Source: an uncultured Clostridia bacterium
GTDB lineage: Bacteria > Bacillota > Clostridia > Christensenellales > Borkfalkiaceae
Direction of reading: 5' to 3'
DNA length: 64,000 bases
NCBI GenBank assembly: GCA_947090365.1
Contig: CAMUNT010000002.1
Location: 3,750-67,749, forward strand
Below are positions 19,487-29,996 of this stretch, one piece after another. A program made the position numbers and the translations under genes. The number at the start of each line of letters is the position of its first letter. The stretch's first letter is position 1. A model generated the notes under the pieces. The model was not told where the DNA came from and ran no database searches. It saw nothing but the letters and a program-made list of their open reading frames with translations.

Positions 19487-20245
19487 TCATTTCATATATT
19501 GCTGTTTTAATTCCTCGCAGCGTGTACGCCATTTTTCTGCGTTCGCGCTGTCCCCTTTGGCCGAAAAATATTCGAAGCGAAGCTCGCACAAAGATATGAA
19601 GCTTATGTCGTCCTCGCGGATTTGCGGCAGGTCGAAGAGAAGCTTTTCATCTATTTCGTTTATCGGCTTGCTACCCAAAATCTGTGCCTGAACGTTCAGC
19701 ACTGAAAGCATAACCTTTGCTTCGTCGCCGTTTTTTATAAGCTCGTAAATTATTTCGCCGTCACTTTTGCCGTTATCGAAGTTAAAAGGCAGGGCGTTTA
19801 ATGCAAGCAGGTGAAACGATGCGGGCATCAGTGCGCACAAACCCGTAGGCACCGCAGGAACACACAGTGCAACAATACCTAAAATTATAAAAATTAAATT
19901 TGCAACCGCTCCTCCTGATGCCGTAAAAATAATCCTTGCCCGAAGATTTTTGGCTGTTTTAGGTATAATTTTACAGCTTGACGCTTCCCACCAATTTAAG
20001 AAAGTCTCCTCTAAAAAAATTAAAACGCTTCCACTGTCGGGAACAGCTTTAATTTTAACCGTAGCGCCGAAGAGCATATGCCCCAGCTCGTGCACAATTG
20101 AAGCAAGAGGAAACGAAAAAACCATTACTATACCGACTGCAATTGCCGACATCCAGTTTGAGGTGTCGAATATAACTTTTATTCCGCAAATCGTCAAAAG
20201 CACGAAGGTTGCGATTTTTACGGCTATCGACCAAATAGTTTTCAT
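19487..20245 (-). CDS. Membrane zinc metalloprotease, M50/site-2-protease-like
   Basis: HELGH in a TM helix plus a downstream NALPFNFDNGKSDG (NxxPxxxxDG-type) motif. Multi-TM N-terminal part and a soluble helical C-terminus. Confidence 0.65.
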   Translation of the reverse strand: MKTIWSIAVKIATFVLLTICGIKVIFDTSNWMSAIAVGIVMVFSFPLASIVHELGHMLFGATVKIKAVPDSGSVLIFLEETFLNWWEASSCKIIPKTAKNLRARIIFTASGGAVANLIFIILGIVALCVPAVPTGLCALMPASFHLLALNALPFNFDNGKSDGEIIYELIKNGDEAKVMLSVLNVQAQILGSKPINEIDEKLLFDLPQIREDDISFISLCELRFEYFSAKGDSANAEKWRTRCEELKQQYMK

Positions 20246-21105
20246 TTGTTATCCTTATAGAGAAGATAACCTTCCAGATTATCATTTTCTGATACTGTGA
20301 TTTTCGAAATATTCATATACTGCATAAGTCTGTACAGGAACAGACTTGCACCCGCTATCACGTCGGCGCGCCATATTACAACTCCGCCGAGCTGTTTAAT
20401 CTCATCCACCGTCATACTTAAAAACTTTTCAGCCATCGAACCGACTTCATCTACCGTCAACGGTGTACCGTGGATGATTGCAGGGTCGTATTCTGTAAGC
20501 TTATGTTTGACGGCGGCAAGCGTAGTTGCCGTACCGCTGATGCCGTACATCGAATAAGTGCCGGCATCGAAACTGCCGTAACCGCTCAGTTTTTCGCTTA
20601 TATATTTTTCAAGCTTGTCCCTGTCGTGGCCGCAGACATCCAAAAGCCTAACCGCGCCGGCATCAACGCTTTTGGTATAAACTGTTTCCCCGTTTTTGCG
20701 TACGGTAACTTCACAGCTTGCACCGCCCAAGTCGATAATTCCGCCGTCGGCGTTGCCAAGGGCGCCCAAAAGCCCGATTTCAGCTTCTGTTTCACCGCTT
20801 ATGACGTCAACCAGAATGCCGTAAAACCGTTTCATATATTCGACGAAATCGTTGCCGTTTAACGCGGAACGAACGGAAGCCGTTGCAAATACAAACACTC
20901 TTTCGGCGCCGTCACATTCAGCTTGGGCTTTAAAGTCAGCAACGACCTTCGACGTTCGTTTAATTGCCATTGACGTTATTCTGCCGGTAAGAGCCAATCC
21001 CTCGCCTAAACGCGTGGTTTGTATCCTTTTATATAAAGTTTTTCCGTCTGCCGATAATGCAAGGCGGACGGAATTTGAACCAATATCAATGATACCTGTT
21101 TTCAT
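20242..21105 (-). CDS. Ppx/GppA-family phosphatase (short, N-terminal ASKHA domains only)
   Basis: MKTGIIDIGSNSVRLAL phosphate-1 motif. 287 aa. Confidence 0.8.
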   Translation of the reverse strand: MKTGIIDIGSNSVRLALSADGKTLYKRIQTTRLGEGLALTGRITSMAIKRTSKVVADFKAQAECDGAERVFVFATASVRSALNGNDFVEYMKRFYGILVDVISGETEAEIGLLGALGNADGGIIDLGGASCEVTVRKNGETVYTKSVDAGAVRLLDVCGHDRDKLEKYISEKLSGYGSFDAGTYSMYGISGTATTLAAVKHKLTEYDPAIIHGTPLTVDEVGSMAEKFLSMTVDEIKQLGGVVIWRADVIAGASLFLYRLMQYMNISKITVSENDNLEGYLLYKDNK

Positions 21106-21112
21106 AAGAATT

Positions 21113-21370
21113 CTAATCTCCGAAAACGAAGCCGTACTGATAGGCGAGGTCTAAAAGCCCATCATACGTTGTATAGTATTCGTATTTTTTATCTATAGAC
21201 TCAATTTTATCCTCGTAAGATTCTATCTGAGTTTTCAAATCATCCCTTTCTCTCGATGCAATCTTAATGAAAACCAGCTGATAAATAATTACAGCTACAA
21301 GGACAGCTATCAGCAATATTACGTTGACGGTAACAGCCGCTATTATGCGGTTGCGCTTTTCATCAGTCAT
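21113..21370 (-). CDS. Septum formation initiator (DivIC/FtsB-like)
   Basis: Single TM followed by a coiled coil. Located downstream of yabP-yabQ, as in Bacillus. Confidence 0.6.
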   Translation of the reverse strand: MTDEKRNRIIAAVTVNVILLIAVLVAVIIYQLVFIKIASRERDDLKTQIESYEDKIESIDKKYEYYTTYDGLLDLAYQYGFVFGD

Positions 21371-21716
21371 CAGAATTATCCATTTTTTTTAGTTTAAATC
21401 TATTATACAACTTATTTACAAAAAATGCAACAAATAAATGAAAACTTTTCAAATATAATATTGCGCCAATCACGCACCCGAGTATCATAAACAGTCTGAG
21501 ATTTGAAAAACCGAACATTACCGACACAAATACGAACGATACCGATAAAAACAGACAGTATAATATATCGCATACAATTGTAAATATTTTGTCTTTTACG
21601 GAATAATTCTTTTTGTGAAGCCCGCACACGATACAGCGTGCAATATATAAAATATCGTAAACTATTCCGCTTAAAATCCCGAGGCACGTGCAGGTTATAA
21701 AATAAAATATATCCAC
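21363..21716 (-). CDS. yabQ: Spore cortex biosynthesis protein YabQ
   Basis: Small multi-TM protein directly following yabP. Conserved synteny. Confidence 0.7.
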   Translation of the reverse strand: MDIFYFITCTCLGILSGIVYDILYIARCIVCGLHKKNYSVKDKIFTIVCDILYCLFLSVSFVFVSVMFGFSNLRLFMILGCVIGAILYLKSFHLFVAFFVNKLYNRFKLKKMDNSDD

Positions 21717-21968
21717 TTATTTGAACAGCTTACCTTTAAGTCCCATTCCTTTGGAAAGATACCTTACGGAAGAAATTTCACCTGTGGCAGAAAAAGAGCC
21801 TCCGCTTTTAGAAAAGTTGACAATTTTCATACCGTTTCCCGCTACTACTATTCTGCCTGCGGAATAAGATAAAATTATCTGTTTATCGGAAAATGCATCT
21901 ACACTTTCAATTGCCGTCGCGGTTATCCTTTTGCACTGCTCTATTGATATTGAATGAGGGGCTTCCAT
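21717..21968 (-). CDS. yabP: Sporulation protein YabP
   Basis: 83 aa. Pattern of YabP-type repeats (SIEQCKRITATAIESVDAFSDKQIIL...GMKIVNFS). SD AAAGGTGA. Confidence 0.75.
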   Translation of the reverse strand: MEAPHSISIEQCKRITATAIESVDAFSDKQIILSYSAGRIVVAGNGMKIVNFSKSGGSFSATGEISSVRYLSKGMGLKGKLFK

Positions 21969-21982
21969 TTAATCACCTTTTT

Positions 21983-22017
21983 GAAAAAAATACCACACGC
22001 TTTCAAGCGGGTGGTAT
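21983..22017 (-). terminator. typA terminator
   Basis: ATACCAC.CGC-loop-GCG.GTGGTAT, followed by a T7 run on the minus strand. Confidence 0.75.
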
Positions 22018-22040
22018 AATATATGATTTGAATTTTTAAT

Positions 22041-23873
22041 TTATGCTAAGCCTTTCTTGATTTTAGCGTTTGCTTTTGCCCTCAGCTCACTATTTAAAAT
22101 ACGCTTTCTTATTCTTATGTTTTTGGGCGTAATTTCCAACAGCTCGTCATCGCCGATAAATTCCAAGCACTCCTCCAAGCTCATTCTCTTAGGGGTAATA
22201 AGGCGCAACGCATCGTCGCTGGCGCTTGAACGGGTATTAGTAAGGTGCTTCGTTTTGCAGACGTTGACGTTAATATCTTCGTTTTTTGGAGATTCGCCGA
22301 CGACCATACCTTCATAAACAGGCGTCCCTGCACCGATAAACAAAGCTCCCCTGCCCTGTGCATTGAAAAGTCCGTAAGTTACAGCCTCACCGGTTTCAAA
22401 CGCAACAAGCGATCCCGTATCCCTGCGCGAAAACTCGCCCTTAAAAGGCTGATACTCAAAAAATACGCTGTTCATGACGCCCTCACCGCGTGTGGACGTA
22501 AGAAATTCAGACTTATAGCCGAAAAGTCCCCTTGCAGGCACTAAAAACTCCAAACGCGTACGGCTACCTACTGTGCTCATATGCAAAAGCTCGCCCTTTC
22601 TGTTGCCCATACTCTGAAATACCGCACCGGTCGCGTCGTCGGGAACGTCGACGATAAGCTTTTCCATAGGCTCCATTTTTACGCCGTTAACTTCCTTGAA
22701 CATTACACGCGGTGTGGAAACCTGAAATTCATAACCTTCACGACGCATATTTTCAATTAAAATAGAAAGATGCATTTCACCCCTTCCGCAGACGCGGTAA
22801 CTGTCGGCTGAATCGGTTTCCTCCACTCTTAAAGACACATCGCGCAAAAGCTCGTGGAAAAGCCTGTCCCTTATATGGCGCGTAGTTACCCATTTCCCGT
22901 CCTTTCCCGCAAACGGTGAATCATTTACGGAAAACGTCATTTCTACCGTAGGTTCGGTGATTTTCACAAACTTGTGTGCTTCAACGCAGTCCGGAGAACA
23001 TATCGTATCGCCGATATTTATTTTTTCAAGTCCCGAAAAGCAGACGATATCACCCGCGCGCGCACTTTCACAGGCAACGCGCTGTAAACCTTCAATCTGG
23101 TAAAGGTTTGCAATTTTGCCCGTAACGTTCATATGCATATTGTTGTAATTTGTTACAACAACGCCTTGACCCTGATTTACCACACCGCGCTCTATTCTAC
23201 CGACGCCTATTCTGCCGACGTAATCGTTATAGTCGATTGAAGACACGAGAAGCTGAGCAGGCCCCTCGACGTCTGCTTCCATCGGCTGAATGTGGTTTAA
23301 TATCGTTTCAAACAGCGGTTCAAGATTCTTACCCTCGGTATTCAAATCGAGCGTAGCCGTACCGTTTCTCCCCGAACACCATACGACAGGACTTAAAAGC
23401 TGATCGTCGGAAGCGTCAAGCTCCAACAACAACTCTAAAATCTCGTCCTGCACCTCGTTCAGACGGGCGTCGGGGCGGTCGATCTTATTTACGACTATAA
23501 TCAGCCTGTGACCCATTTCCAACGCTTTCTGAACGACGAAACGGGTTTGGGGCATAGGGCCTTCGGCCGCATCGACGAGTACGAGAACACCGTTAACCAT
23601 CATCATTACACGTTCTACTTCGCCTGAAAAATCCGCGTGTCCCGGAGTGTCTACCACGTTAATTTTAACGCCCTTATAGTGAACGGCAGTATTCTTTGCG
23701 AGAATGGTAATACCCCTCTCACGCTCCAAATCGTTGCTGTCCATAACTCTTTCGTCCACCGCCTGATTATCGCGGAAAGTATTGCTCTGTTTAAGCATTG
23801 CATCGACAAGCGTCGTCTTGCCATGATCTACGTGCGCAATTATTGCCACGTTTCTTAAATCGCTACGTATCAT
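22041..23873 (-). CDS. typA: Translational GTPase TypA/BipA
   Basis: [18 protein letters not shown] and NKID G-motifs. 610 aa with an EF-G-like domain order. Confidence 0.95.
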   Translation of the reverse strand: MIRSDLRNVAIIAHVDHGKTTLVDAMLKQSNTFRDNQAVDERVMDSNDLERERGITILAKNTAVHYKGVKINVVDTPGHADFSGEVERVMMMVNGVLVLVDAAEGPMPQTRFVVQKALEMGHRLIIVVNKIDRPDARLNEVQDEILELLLELDASDDQLLSPVVWCSGRNGTATLDLNTEGKNLEPLFETILNHIQPMEADVEGPAQLLVSSIDYNDYVGRIGVGRIERGVVNQGQGVVVTNYNNMHMNVTGKIANLYQIEGLQRVACESARAGDIVCFSGLEKINIGDTICSPDCVEAHKFVKITEPTVEMTFSVNDSPFAGKDGKWVTTRHIRDRLFHELLRDVSLRVEETDSADSYRVCGRGEMHLSILIENMRREGYEFQVSTPRVMFKEVNGVKMEPMEKLIVDVPDDATGAVFQSMGNRKGELLHMSTVGSRTRLEFLVPARGLFGYKSEFLTSTRGEGVMNSVFFEYQPFKGEFSRRDTGSLVAFETGEAVTYGLFNAQGRGALFIGAGTPVYEGMVVGESPKNEDINVNVCKTKHLTNTRSSASDDALRLITPKRMSLEECLEFIGDDELLEITPKNIRIRKRILNSELRAKANAKIKKGLA

Positions 23874-23889
23874 ATTTTTGCCTTTTTAA

Positions 23890-24879
23890 TTAAAATTCGG
23901 ATTTAGTTTCCCTTTCAAATAGTTTAAGTATAATGTCCATACAGTTTTTTGCGCCGTTACCACTCTCGAATACGTGAGAGAGGAAACAAGCCTCGTATAC
24001 GGCGTTAGTAATTGGCAGATCGACGCCGTACTTATCGCCGAGTCTTTTCATTGCCTTTGCCGTCATAACTCCCTCGGCCAGCTTTTCAAACTTAGCGCCG
24101 TGCGCCATCATTTCGCCGTATCTGCGGTTGTGCGAATATTCCGAAAACAGCGTAGTTTCATAATCGCCCAAATGCGCAAGACCGTAAGCGGATTGAAACT
24201 GACCGCCCATTGCCGAAATCAGTCTGCCGACTTCGCTTGCTCCTCTTGCCATAAGCGGTCCCTTTAAGCTGACATAGCCGCTTCCGTCAAGAACGCCTGC
24301 GGCTATACCCAACACGTTTTTTGCCGCCGCACCTATTTCGGTGCCCACCAAATCGTTGCCGTAATAAAAACGGATTAAATTACTTTTAAAGCCGTCCGCA
24401 AGCCTACGCTTCAACGACTCATCAGAGCTGTCTATTACCATGCAGTTGGGTATTCCCTGTGTAAACGCCTGAATATGACCCGGGCCCACCCATACCGCTA
24501 TTTTATCGCTTGCTATTCCGCTCTCTTCTAGAACTTCAGACAAACGCTTGCCTGTGCTCTCCTCAATGCCTTTCATACAAAGAACTATGGGCTTGTCCGC
24601 AACGTTGAACTCCGTCACGCGTTGCATAAAACCTCTCAGCCCCTGCGAGGAAATTGAAATTATTATTATATCTGCACTTTCGACGGCGAGCTTTAAATCG
24701 CAGGTCAGCGTAATATTTTTGTCGAGCGTAACATATTCGTTTTTGCCTGTACTTTTTAATACTTCATAAGAATAATCGCCCTCGGGCCCCCAGGAAATTA
24801 CCTCGTTTTTTAATACGGTTGCCTGATACCAGGCAATGAACGAGCCCCAACGCCCGCATCCCAATACTGAAATCTTCAT
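23890..24879 (-). CDS. gpsA: NAD(P)H-dependent glycerol-3-phosphate dehydrogenase
   Basis: GCGRWGS Rossmann motif and AAKNVLGIAAGVLDG. Confidence 0.9.
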   Translation of the reverse strand: MKISVLGCGRWGSFIAWYQATVLKNEVISWGPEGDYSYEVLKSTGKNEYVTLDKNITLTCDLKLAVESADIIIISISSQGLRGFMQRVTEFNVADKPIVLCMKGIEESTGKRLSEVLEESGIASDKIAVWVGPGHIQAFTQGIPNCMVIDSSDESLKRRLADGFKSNLIRFYYGNDLVGTEIGAAAKNVLGIAAGVLDGSGYVSLKGPLMARGASEVGRLISAMGGQFQSAYGLAHLGDYETTLFSEYSHNRRYGEMMAHGAKFEKLAEGVMTAKAMKRLGDKYGVDLPITNAVYEACFLSHVFESGNGAKNCMDIILKLFERETKSEF

Positions 24880-24895
24880 TAAAAACCTTTTGAAA

Positions 24896-25489
24896 TTAAA
24901 TTTGCTTACGCTCTGAAAATGCCCTCGATAACGTTACTTCGTCGGTATATTCAAGCTCGCTTCCGATAGGTATACCGTGCGCAAGGCGAGTTACGCTTAT
25001 ACCGAGAGGCTTTAAAAGCTTTGCGATATACATTGCGGTAGCTTCACCCTCCACATCGAGATTGGTCGCCATTATAACTTCGGTAACCGTTCCGTCGCCG
25101 ACGCGGGATAAAAGCTCTTTTATACGTATATCGTTAGGCCCTACTCCGTCCATTGGACTGATTACGCCATGCAGTACGTGATAAACGCCCTTGTACTCGT
25201 GCAACTTTTCCATTGCAATAACGTCTTTGGGTTCTTTAACTACACAGATTGTGCTTTTTTCGCGTTTTTTACAGATATCGCAAACGTCGTTCTCTGTAAA
25301 GTTTCCGCATATCTTGCAGTAGCGCACTTTACTTTTACAATTGACTATGCTGTCGGCAAAAGCTTTTGCCTCTGCATCGGTCATTCCTATAATTTTATAA
25401 GCATAGCGCTGAGCCGTCTTTTTCCCGACCCCCGGAAGCTTTGAAAATTCATTTATAAGTTTACCGATAGGTTCTATAAATACGTCCAT
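24896..25489 (-). CDS. recR: Recombination protein RecR
   Basis: HhH ([11 protein letters not shown]), C4 zinc finger (CKICGN...CDIC), Toprim. Confidence 0.95.
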   Translation of the reverse strand: MDVFIEPIGKLINEFSKLPGVGKKTAQRYAYKIIGMTDAEAKAFADSIVNCKSKVRYCKICGNFTENDVCDICKKREKSTICVVKEPKDVIAMEKLHEYKGVYHVLHGVISPMDGVGPNDIRIKELLSRVGDGTVTEVIMATNLDVEGEATAMYIAKLLKPLGISVTRLAHGIPIGSELEYTDEVTLSRAFSERKQI

Positions 25490-25490
25490 C

Positions 25491-25850
25491 TTAAATTAAA
25501 CCCGAGTTTGCAAAAGGACCCATTTTTTCGTTGTAGACCGCGTCTGCCTTTTTATAGCCGTCGTTTATTGCCGCCATGATAAGGTCTTCAAGCATTTCTA
25601 TATCATCTTCGTCGTTCAGATCGATAGTTTCCGAAAGCTTGCTTCCGAACTCGATTCCGTTGATAATTTTTTTTGCGTTCATATAAACGACGACGGTTTC
25701 GTCGCCCTCTTCTCCTCCGCCGGAAAGTCCTACAATTTCCCAATCGTCAAGCTCTCTGTTTGCCTCCTGCATTTGTTCCTGCATTTTCTGAGCCTGCTTC
25801 ATAAGGTTTTGCATATTACCCATTCCGCCGTTACCTCTGAATCCTGCCAT
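25491..25850 (-). CDS. ybaB: Nucleoid-associated protein YbaB/EbfC
   Basis: [19 protein letters not shown] opener. Located between dnaX and recR. Confidence 0.9.
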   Translation of the reverse strand: MAGFRGNGGMGNMQNLMKQAQKMQEQMQEANRELDDWEIVGLSGGGEEGDETVVVYMNAKKIINGIEFGSKLSETIDLNDEDDIEMLEDLIMAAINDGYKKADAVYNEKMGPFANSGLI

Positions 25851-25862
25851 AATAACCTCCGA

Positions 25863-27506
25863 CTATTTTATTTCTATATCTATACCGTCAAAATTGCGTT
25901 TTAATTCTTTTACGGCTTTATCGTAATCGCTTTCGCCCTGTTTAATAAGCCGAATCTCGTGTTCGCCAACGCCCAATTCCAGCAACGTTTCCGAAAGAAA
26001 GTTTGAGTTATCAACGCGCTGTAAGCCCTTGTAAACCGCCTCGCTGTCCGTCGTAAGTATCATTTTATCTCCCTCGAAAAAATTACCGACGTCCATACAC
26101 AGCGTAAACAGAACAGCATTTTTGCGTGTTGTGCGGAGAAGGCGTATAAGCTTACCGAATATTCCGCCCTTCTCGTCATCGTTCAGCATACGTACTGATT
26201 TTAACACAGGTGCGGTATTGTCGAGAATGCCGGTCTGAACTTTTTCGGCAGGTTTTTCTTCCGCAAAAGGCGAAGCTTCCTTTTCCGTATCTGTTACTTT
26301 TACGGGTTTGACCATCTGCTGTTGAGTGACGGGCACCTCCCTGACAACTGTAACCGCGTTGTTCATCTTTTCTTCAAGCGTGTTAATTTTCCCTATAAGT
26401 GCGTCAAGATTATAATCCGAACTCGGCATAGCGCATTTTAAAACAGCTGTTTCAAGGGTTATCCTGCCATTTAACGAATAGCGCATATCTGATTCAGCGG
26501 ACGATAATATTTCGGTTACCCTCAGAATTTTATGTCCGTCGCAACCCGACACCGCCTGCTCTATTCTGTTGTATGATTCCTGCGGAAGATTGACGATTTC
26601 TCTTGCATTTTTACAGATTTTAACTATGGAGCAATTATTTAAAAAATTGAGTAAATCTTTTAAAAGTACGCCTACGCTTTTGCCCGTCGAAAGAATTTCT
26701 TCAACGCCGGAAAGCGAAGCAGATGCATCTTCATTGAGAATGCTTTCGCAAAGATTGCTGATTGAGTAAAAATCGGCGCTGCCCAGAACCTCGTTTACGT
26801 CGCCGTAAGTCAACTTACCGTTTGAATACGAAGCGCACATATCCGCAATGGAAAGGCTGTCGCGCGCACTGCCTGCGCCCGCCCTCGCAATGGCCGAAAC
26901 GGCTTCTTTCTCATATTCTTTGCCGACTTTGTCGTAAACGGATTTGATCAGCTGTTCCAAATCCTTTTGCGGAATCAGCTTAAAGTCAAACCGCATACAG
27001 CGCGAGAGAATGGTTGCGGGAATTTTTTGCGGTTCGGTTGTGGCAAGAATAAACACTGCGTGTGCGGGAGGTTCTTCCAACGTCTTTAAAACTGCGTTGA
27101 ATGCAGATGACGTTAGCATATGAACCTCGTCTATGATGTACACTTTGTATTTGCCCGATACGGGCGGATACTGCACCTTTTCCCGAAGATCGCGCATTTC
27201 ATCGACGCCGTTATTAGATGCTGCGTCTATTTCCGAAATATCAAGACTTGCACCGGCCGCTAACGACTTGCAGACCTCGCACTTCCCGCAAGGCGATCCG
27301 TCTACTGGGTGCTCGCAGTTGATTGCACGCGCAAAAATTTTCGCAAGCGTCGTTTTACCCGTTCCTCTCGGCCCGCAAAAAAGATATGCGTGACCTATTT
27401 TGCCGGAAGATATCTGGTTTTTCAGCGTGCGGACGATATGCTCCTGCCGTACGACCGTATCGAACGAAACGGGTCTGAACGTTCTATAAAATGCAAGATA
27501 AGCCAT
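25863..27506 (-). CDS. dnaX: DNA polymerase III subunit gamma/tau
   Basis: GPRGTGKTT Walker A, zinc module CGKCEVC, and the SRC motif (ILSRCMRF). Confidence 0.95.
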   Translation of the reverse strand: MAYLAFYRTFRPVSFDTVVRQEHIVRTLKNQISSGKIGHAYLFCGPRGTGKTTLAKIFARAINCEHPVDGSPCGKCEVCKSLAAGASLDISEIDAASNNGVDEMRDLREKVQYPPVSGKYKVYIIDEVHMLTSSAFNAVLKTLEEPPAHAVFILATTEPQKIPATILSRCMRFDFKLIPQKDLEQLIKSVYDKVGKEYEKEAVSAIARAGAGSARDSLSIADMCASYSNGKLTYGDVNEVLGSADFYSISNLCESILNEDASASLSGVEEILSTGKSVGVLLKDLLNFLNNCSIVKICKNAREIVNLPQESYNRIEQAVSGCDGHKILRVTEILSSAESDMRYSLNGRITLETAVLKCAMPSSDYNLDALIGKINTLEEKMNNAVTVVREVPVTQQQMVKPVKVTDTEKEASPFAEEKPAEKVQTGILDNTAPVLKSVRMLNDDEKGGIFGKLIRLLRTTRKNAVLFTLCMDVGNFFEGDKMILTTDSEAVYKGLQRVDNSNFLSETLLELGVGEHEIRLIKQGESDYDKAVKELKRNFDGIDIEIK

Positions 27507-27508
27507 TT

Positions 27509-28060
27509 TTACTCCGTTAATAATTTCTGTAATTTATTTTTTGCGCGGTTTATTGCGTTATCTATACTTTTGGGATTTTTGCCAAGAGCAGAAGAAATTT
27601 CCGTCATAGTCATTCCGTCTGTGTACATAATTATCGCTTTGAATTCAAGCGAAGATAAAACCTTGCTCATCGTTTGCAATATTTCGTGCTTTTCTTCTCT
27701 GCCTATTATTTCTTCTTCGGGATTATTACGCGAAATCCAATCGGCACCGACTTCCGTAATCGGCAAAAAGTTGTTAAGTGCGGAATGCTTCGCACCGTTG
27801 TTTTTTTTAACTGCGTCAAGTATGCGGTTGCGTATACATTTCCCCGCGAAAGCGTGAAAACTGCCGTTATCGGAATTAAAGCCTGTTACCGCGGAATAAA
27901 GCCCGAACATACCTTCCTGAACAAGGTCTTCGGTTTCGCCTCCGCTCAGAAAAAAGCGACGGGCAACCGATAAAACTGCGGGTTTATATTTTGTATACAG
28001 CTCTTCCCAGGCGGTTTTATCCCCGCACTGACAGGCGAGTACGAGTTGTTCGTCAGACAT
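27509..28060 (-). CDS. sigH: Sporulation/transition-state sigma factor SigH
   Basis: Close motif-by-motif resemblance to B. subtilis SigH (DLVQEGMFGLY, SFHAFAGKCIRNRILDAVKK, KSIDNAINRAKNKL), plus the mrnC-rlmB-sigH synteny. Confidence 0.85.
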   Translation of the reverse strand: MSDEQLVLACQCGDKTAWEELYTKYKPAVLSVARRFFLSGGETEDLVQEGMFGLYSAVTGFNSDNGSFHAFAGKCIRNRILDAVKKNNGAKHSALNNFLPITEVGADWISRNNPEEEIIGREEKHEILQTMSKVLSSLEFKAIIMYTDGMTMTEISSALGKNPKSIDNAINRAKNKLQKLLTE

Positions 28061-28769
28061 TGCGTTTCCTTACCGCCTCATATGCGGCTATACCGAAAGC
28101 CACCGAAGCATTCAAAGAATTTACTTTACCCTTTAAAGGTATCGACAACGTGAAGTCGCACTTTTCACGGGTGAGCCGTTTCACTCCGCTGTCCTCTCCG
28201 CCGACGACTATTGCAATGTTACCTGTCAGATCGGCGTCGTATATATTGTTTCCGTCCGCTTCCAGAGCGTACAGCCAATAATTTTGCTTTTTCAGCTCGT
28301 CAACGGCGCGGTTAATCGAATTGACTTTGGCAACTTTAATATGATTTGCCGCACCTGCGGAAATTCTGACAACCGCTTCGGTTACACTTGCCGAATTATT
28401 AGACGGAATTACTACGCCGTCCGCACCCGCGCACTCCGCAACGCGGATAATAGAACCGAGATTATGCACGTCCTCGATACCGTCGCACAGCACTATAAAA
28501 CCGTTATTTTCCCTGCGTAAAGAAATAATTTCGTCAAGTGACGAATAGGTAAAATCGGAAGTAAATGCAATTACGCCCTGATGCCTGCGCTCATCGCTTA
28601 TCTTATCAAGTGCGCGCCTATCGACAAACTGAACGCGTATATTCTTTTTACGCGCTTCGGCAAATATACTTTTAAGCGAACCCTGCGGGTCCTTTTCAAG
28701 CATTATTTTTTCGATGTTTTTATCCGTTTTAAGCAGTTCTATAACTGCGTTTCTTCCTTCTGTTTTCAT
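28053..28769 (-). CDS. rlmB: 23S rRNA (guanosine-2'-O)-methyltransferase RlmB (SpoU/TrmH family)
   Basis: SpoU motifs (NLGSIIRVAECAG, IVVGGEDSG, SLNASVAFGI). Confidence 0.9.
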   Translation of the reverse strand: MKTEGRNAVIELLKTDKNIEKIMLEKDPQGSLKSIFAEARKKNIRVQFVDRRALDKISDERRHQGVIAFTSDFTYSSLDEIISLRRENNGFIVLCDGIEDVHNLGSIIRVAECAGADGVVIPSNNSASVTEAVVRISAGAANHIKVAKVNSINRAVDELKKQNYWLYALEADGNNIYDADLTGNIAIVVGGEDSGVKRLTREKCDFTLSIPLKGKVNSLNASVAFGIAAYEAVRKRNV

Positions 28770-29155
28770 TTCACTTCCAAAAGATCTGATATTCTCTGAT
28801 ACCTTCCGGTAAGGTACAAGAACCCTAACACCGCCTCAAATCCCGTTGATCGGTTATATTCGGCTACGCTTGCGTTTTTACTGCGAGTTGGCTTCCTTGC
28901 GTTTCGTCCGCGCTTGAATATATGGTTTTCCTCTTCGGTGAAAAGTGGTTGAACCTTTTCGAGTAATTCGCTTTGACCGTGCGCAGACACTTCCGAAGAA
29001 GTAAGCTTTTGAAGCGTACCCGTACTGAAATCGGTTGAAAGCACTAACTTTTCGCGAACGTACAGAGAATAAACCGCATCACCGACGAATGCAAGTGTTA
29101 CAGGGCTTAAATTTTTTGCCTTCTGCGCTGAAATTGTACTGAATAAATCAAACAC
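28766..29155 (-). CDS. mrnC: Mini-ribonuclease 3
   Basis: LAFVGDAVYSLYVRE RNase III-like signature. 129 aa. Confidence 0.9.
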   Translation of the reverse strand: MFDLFSTISAQKAKNLSPVTLAFVGDAVYSLYVREKLVLSTDFSTGTLQKLTSSEVSAHGQSELLEKVQPLFTEEENHIFKRGRNARKPTRSKNASVAEYNRSTGFEAVLGFLYLTGRYQRISDLLEVK

Positions 29156-29235
29156 TTTTAATTAATTTCCTACCGAAACCCCGAATTATTACATAAACCC
29201 TATATTTACAATTAACTCAATAATTATAGCACATA

Positions 29236-29961
29236 ATGAATAAAAAAATCAAACATATAGTACTATATACTGTGAATTTGTTTATCGTTAAAAAGAGTTT
29301 ACTTGTAATTTGCTGCGCCGTATTAGTACTCGGCGCAATCTTCGGAATATGTGCAAGCGCCGTTGCCGCTACGTCTACGCACGACGGTTTAAAAACGGTT
29401 GTAATCGACGCCGGTCACGGCGGTATAGACGCCGGTGTTCTGGGAATTACCACAAAAACGAAAGAGAGCGAAATTAACCTGTATATCGCAAAATATCTTC
29501 GCGGATTTTTTGCCGACGCAGGGTTTAACGCCGTACTCACACGAAGCACGCAAGGCGGACTTTACGGTACCAGCACTAAGGGCTTCAAAATGCGCGATAT
29601 GAAAAAGCGAAAAGAAATTATCGAAAAAAATAATGCTGACATGGTAATTTCCATACATCAGAATTATTGCCCTATCCCTTCACGCCGCGGAGGTCAGACT
29701 TTTTACGATAACGGCAGCGAAAGCGGTAAAGCACTTGCACAGTGTATACAGCAAAGTCTGAACGAAATGAAGGAATGCGTAAAACAAAATACACCGCTGG
29801 TCGGAGATTATTATATGCTTAAATGCACCTCGAACCCTTCAGTTTTAATTGAGTGCGGGTTCTTATCGAACGAACTTGACGAAGCACAGCTTATTACGGC
29901 AGAGTATCAGAAAGCAATTGCCTACGCAATTTTCAAAGGTGCAGTTTCATTTTATTCCTAA
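29236..29961 (+). CDS. cwlD: N-acetylmuramoyl-L-alanine amidase (Amidase_3), CwlD-like
   Basis: VVIDAGHGGIDAG, ISIHQN and ECGFLSN zinc-ligand motifs. N-terminal TM. About 240 aa, like CwlD. Confidence 0.75.
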   Translation: MNKKIKHIVLYTVNLFIVKKSLLVICCAVLVLGAIFGICASAVAATSTHDGLKTVVIDAGHGGIDAGVLGITTKTKESEINLYIAKYLRGFFADAGFNAVLTRSTQGGLYGTSTKGFKMRDMKKRKEIIEKNNADMVISIHQNYCPIPSRRGGQTFYDNGSESGKALAQCIQQSLNEMKECVKQNTPLVGDYYMLKCTSNPSVLIECGFLSNELDEAQLITAEYQKAIAYAIFKGAVSFYS

Positions 29962-29964
29962 AAA

Positions 29965-29996
29965 TAACGGCTGTGCGGAACGCACAGCCTTTTATT
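29965..29996. terminator. Bidirectional terminator
   Basis: GGCTGTGCG-gaa-CGCACAGCC, flanked by A-run and T-run. Confidence 0.8.

Noticed and set aside
25863-27506. Programmed -1 frameshift site in dnaX
   Set aside because: No A-AAA-AAG-type slippery heptamer with a downstream hairpin in the coding strand. The A6G run at ~27376 is on the opposite strand.
27133-27973. Plus-strand ORFs (86, 182, 99 aa) across the dnaX/sigH junction
   Set aside because: Antisense to two confidently identified genes. No independent signals.
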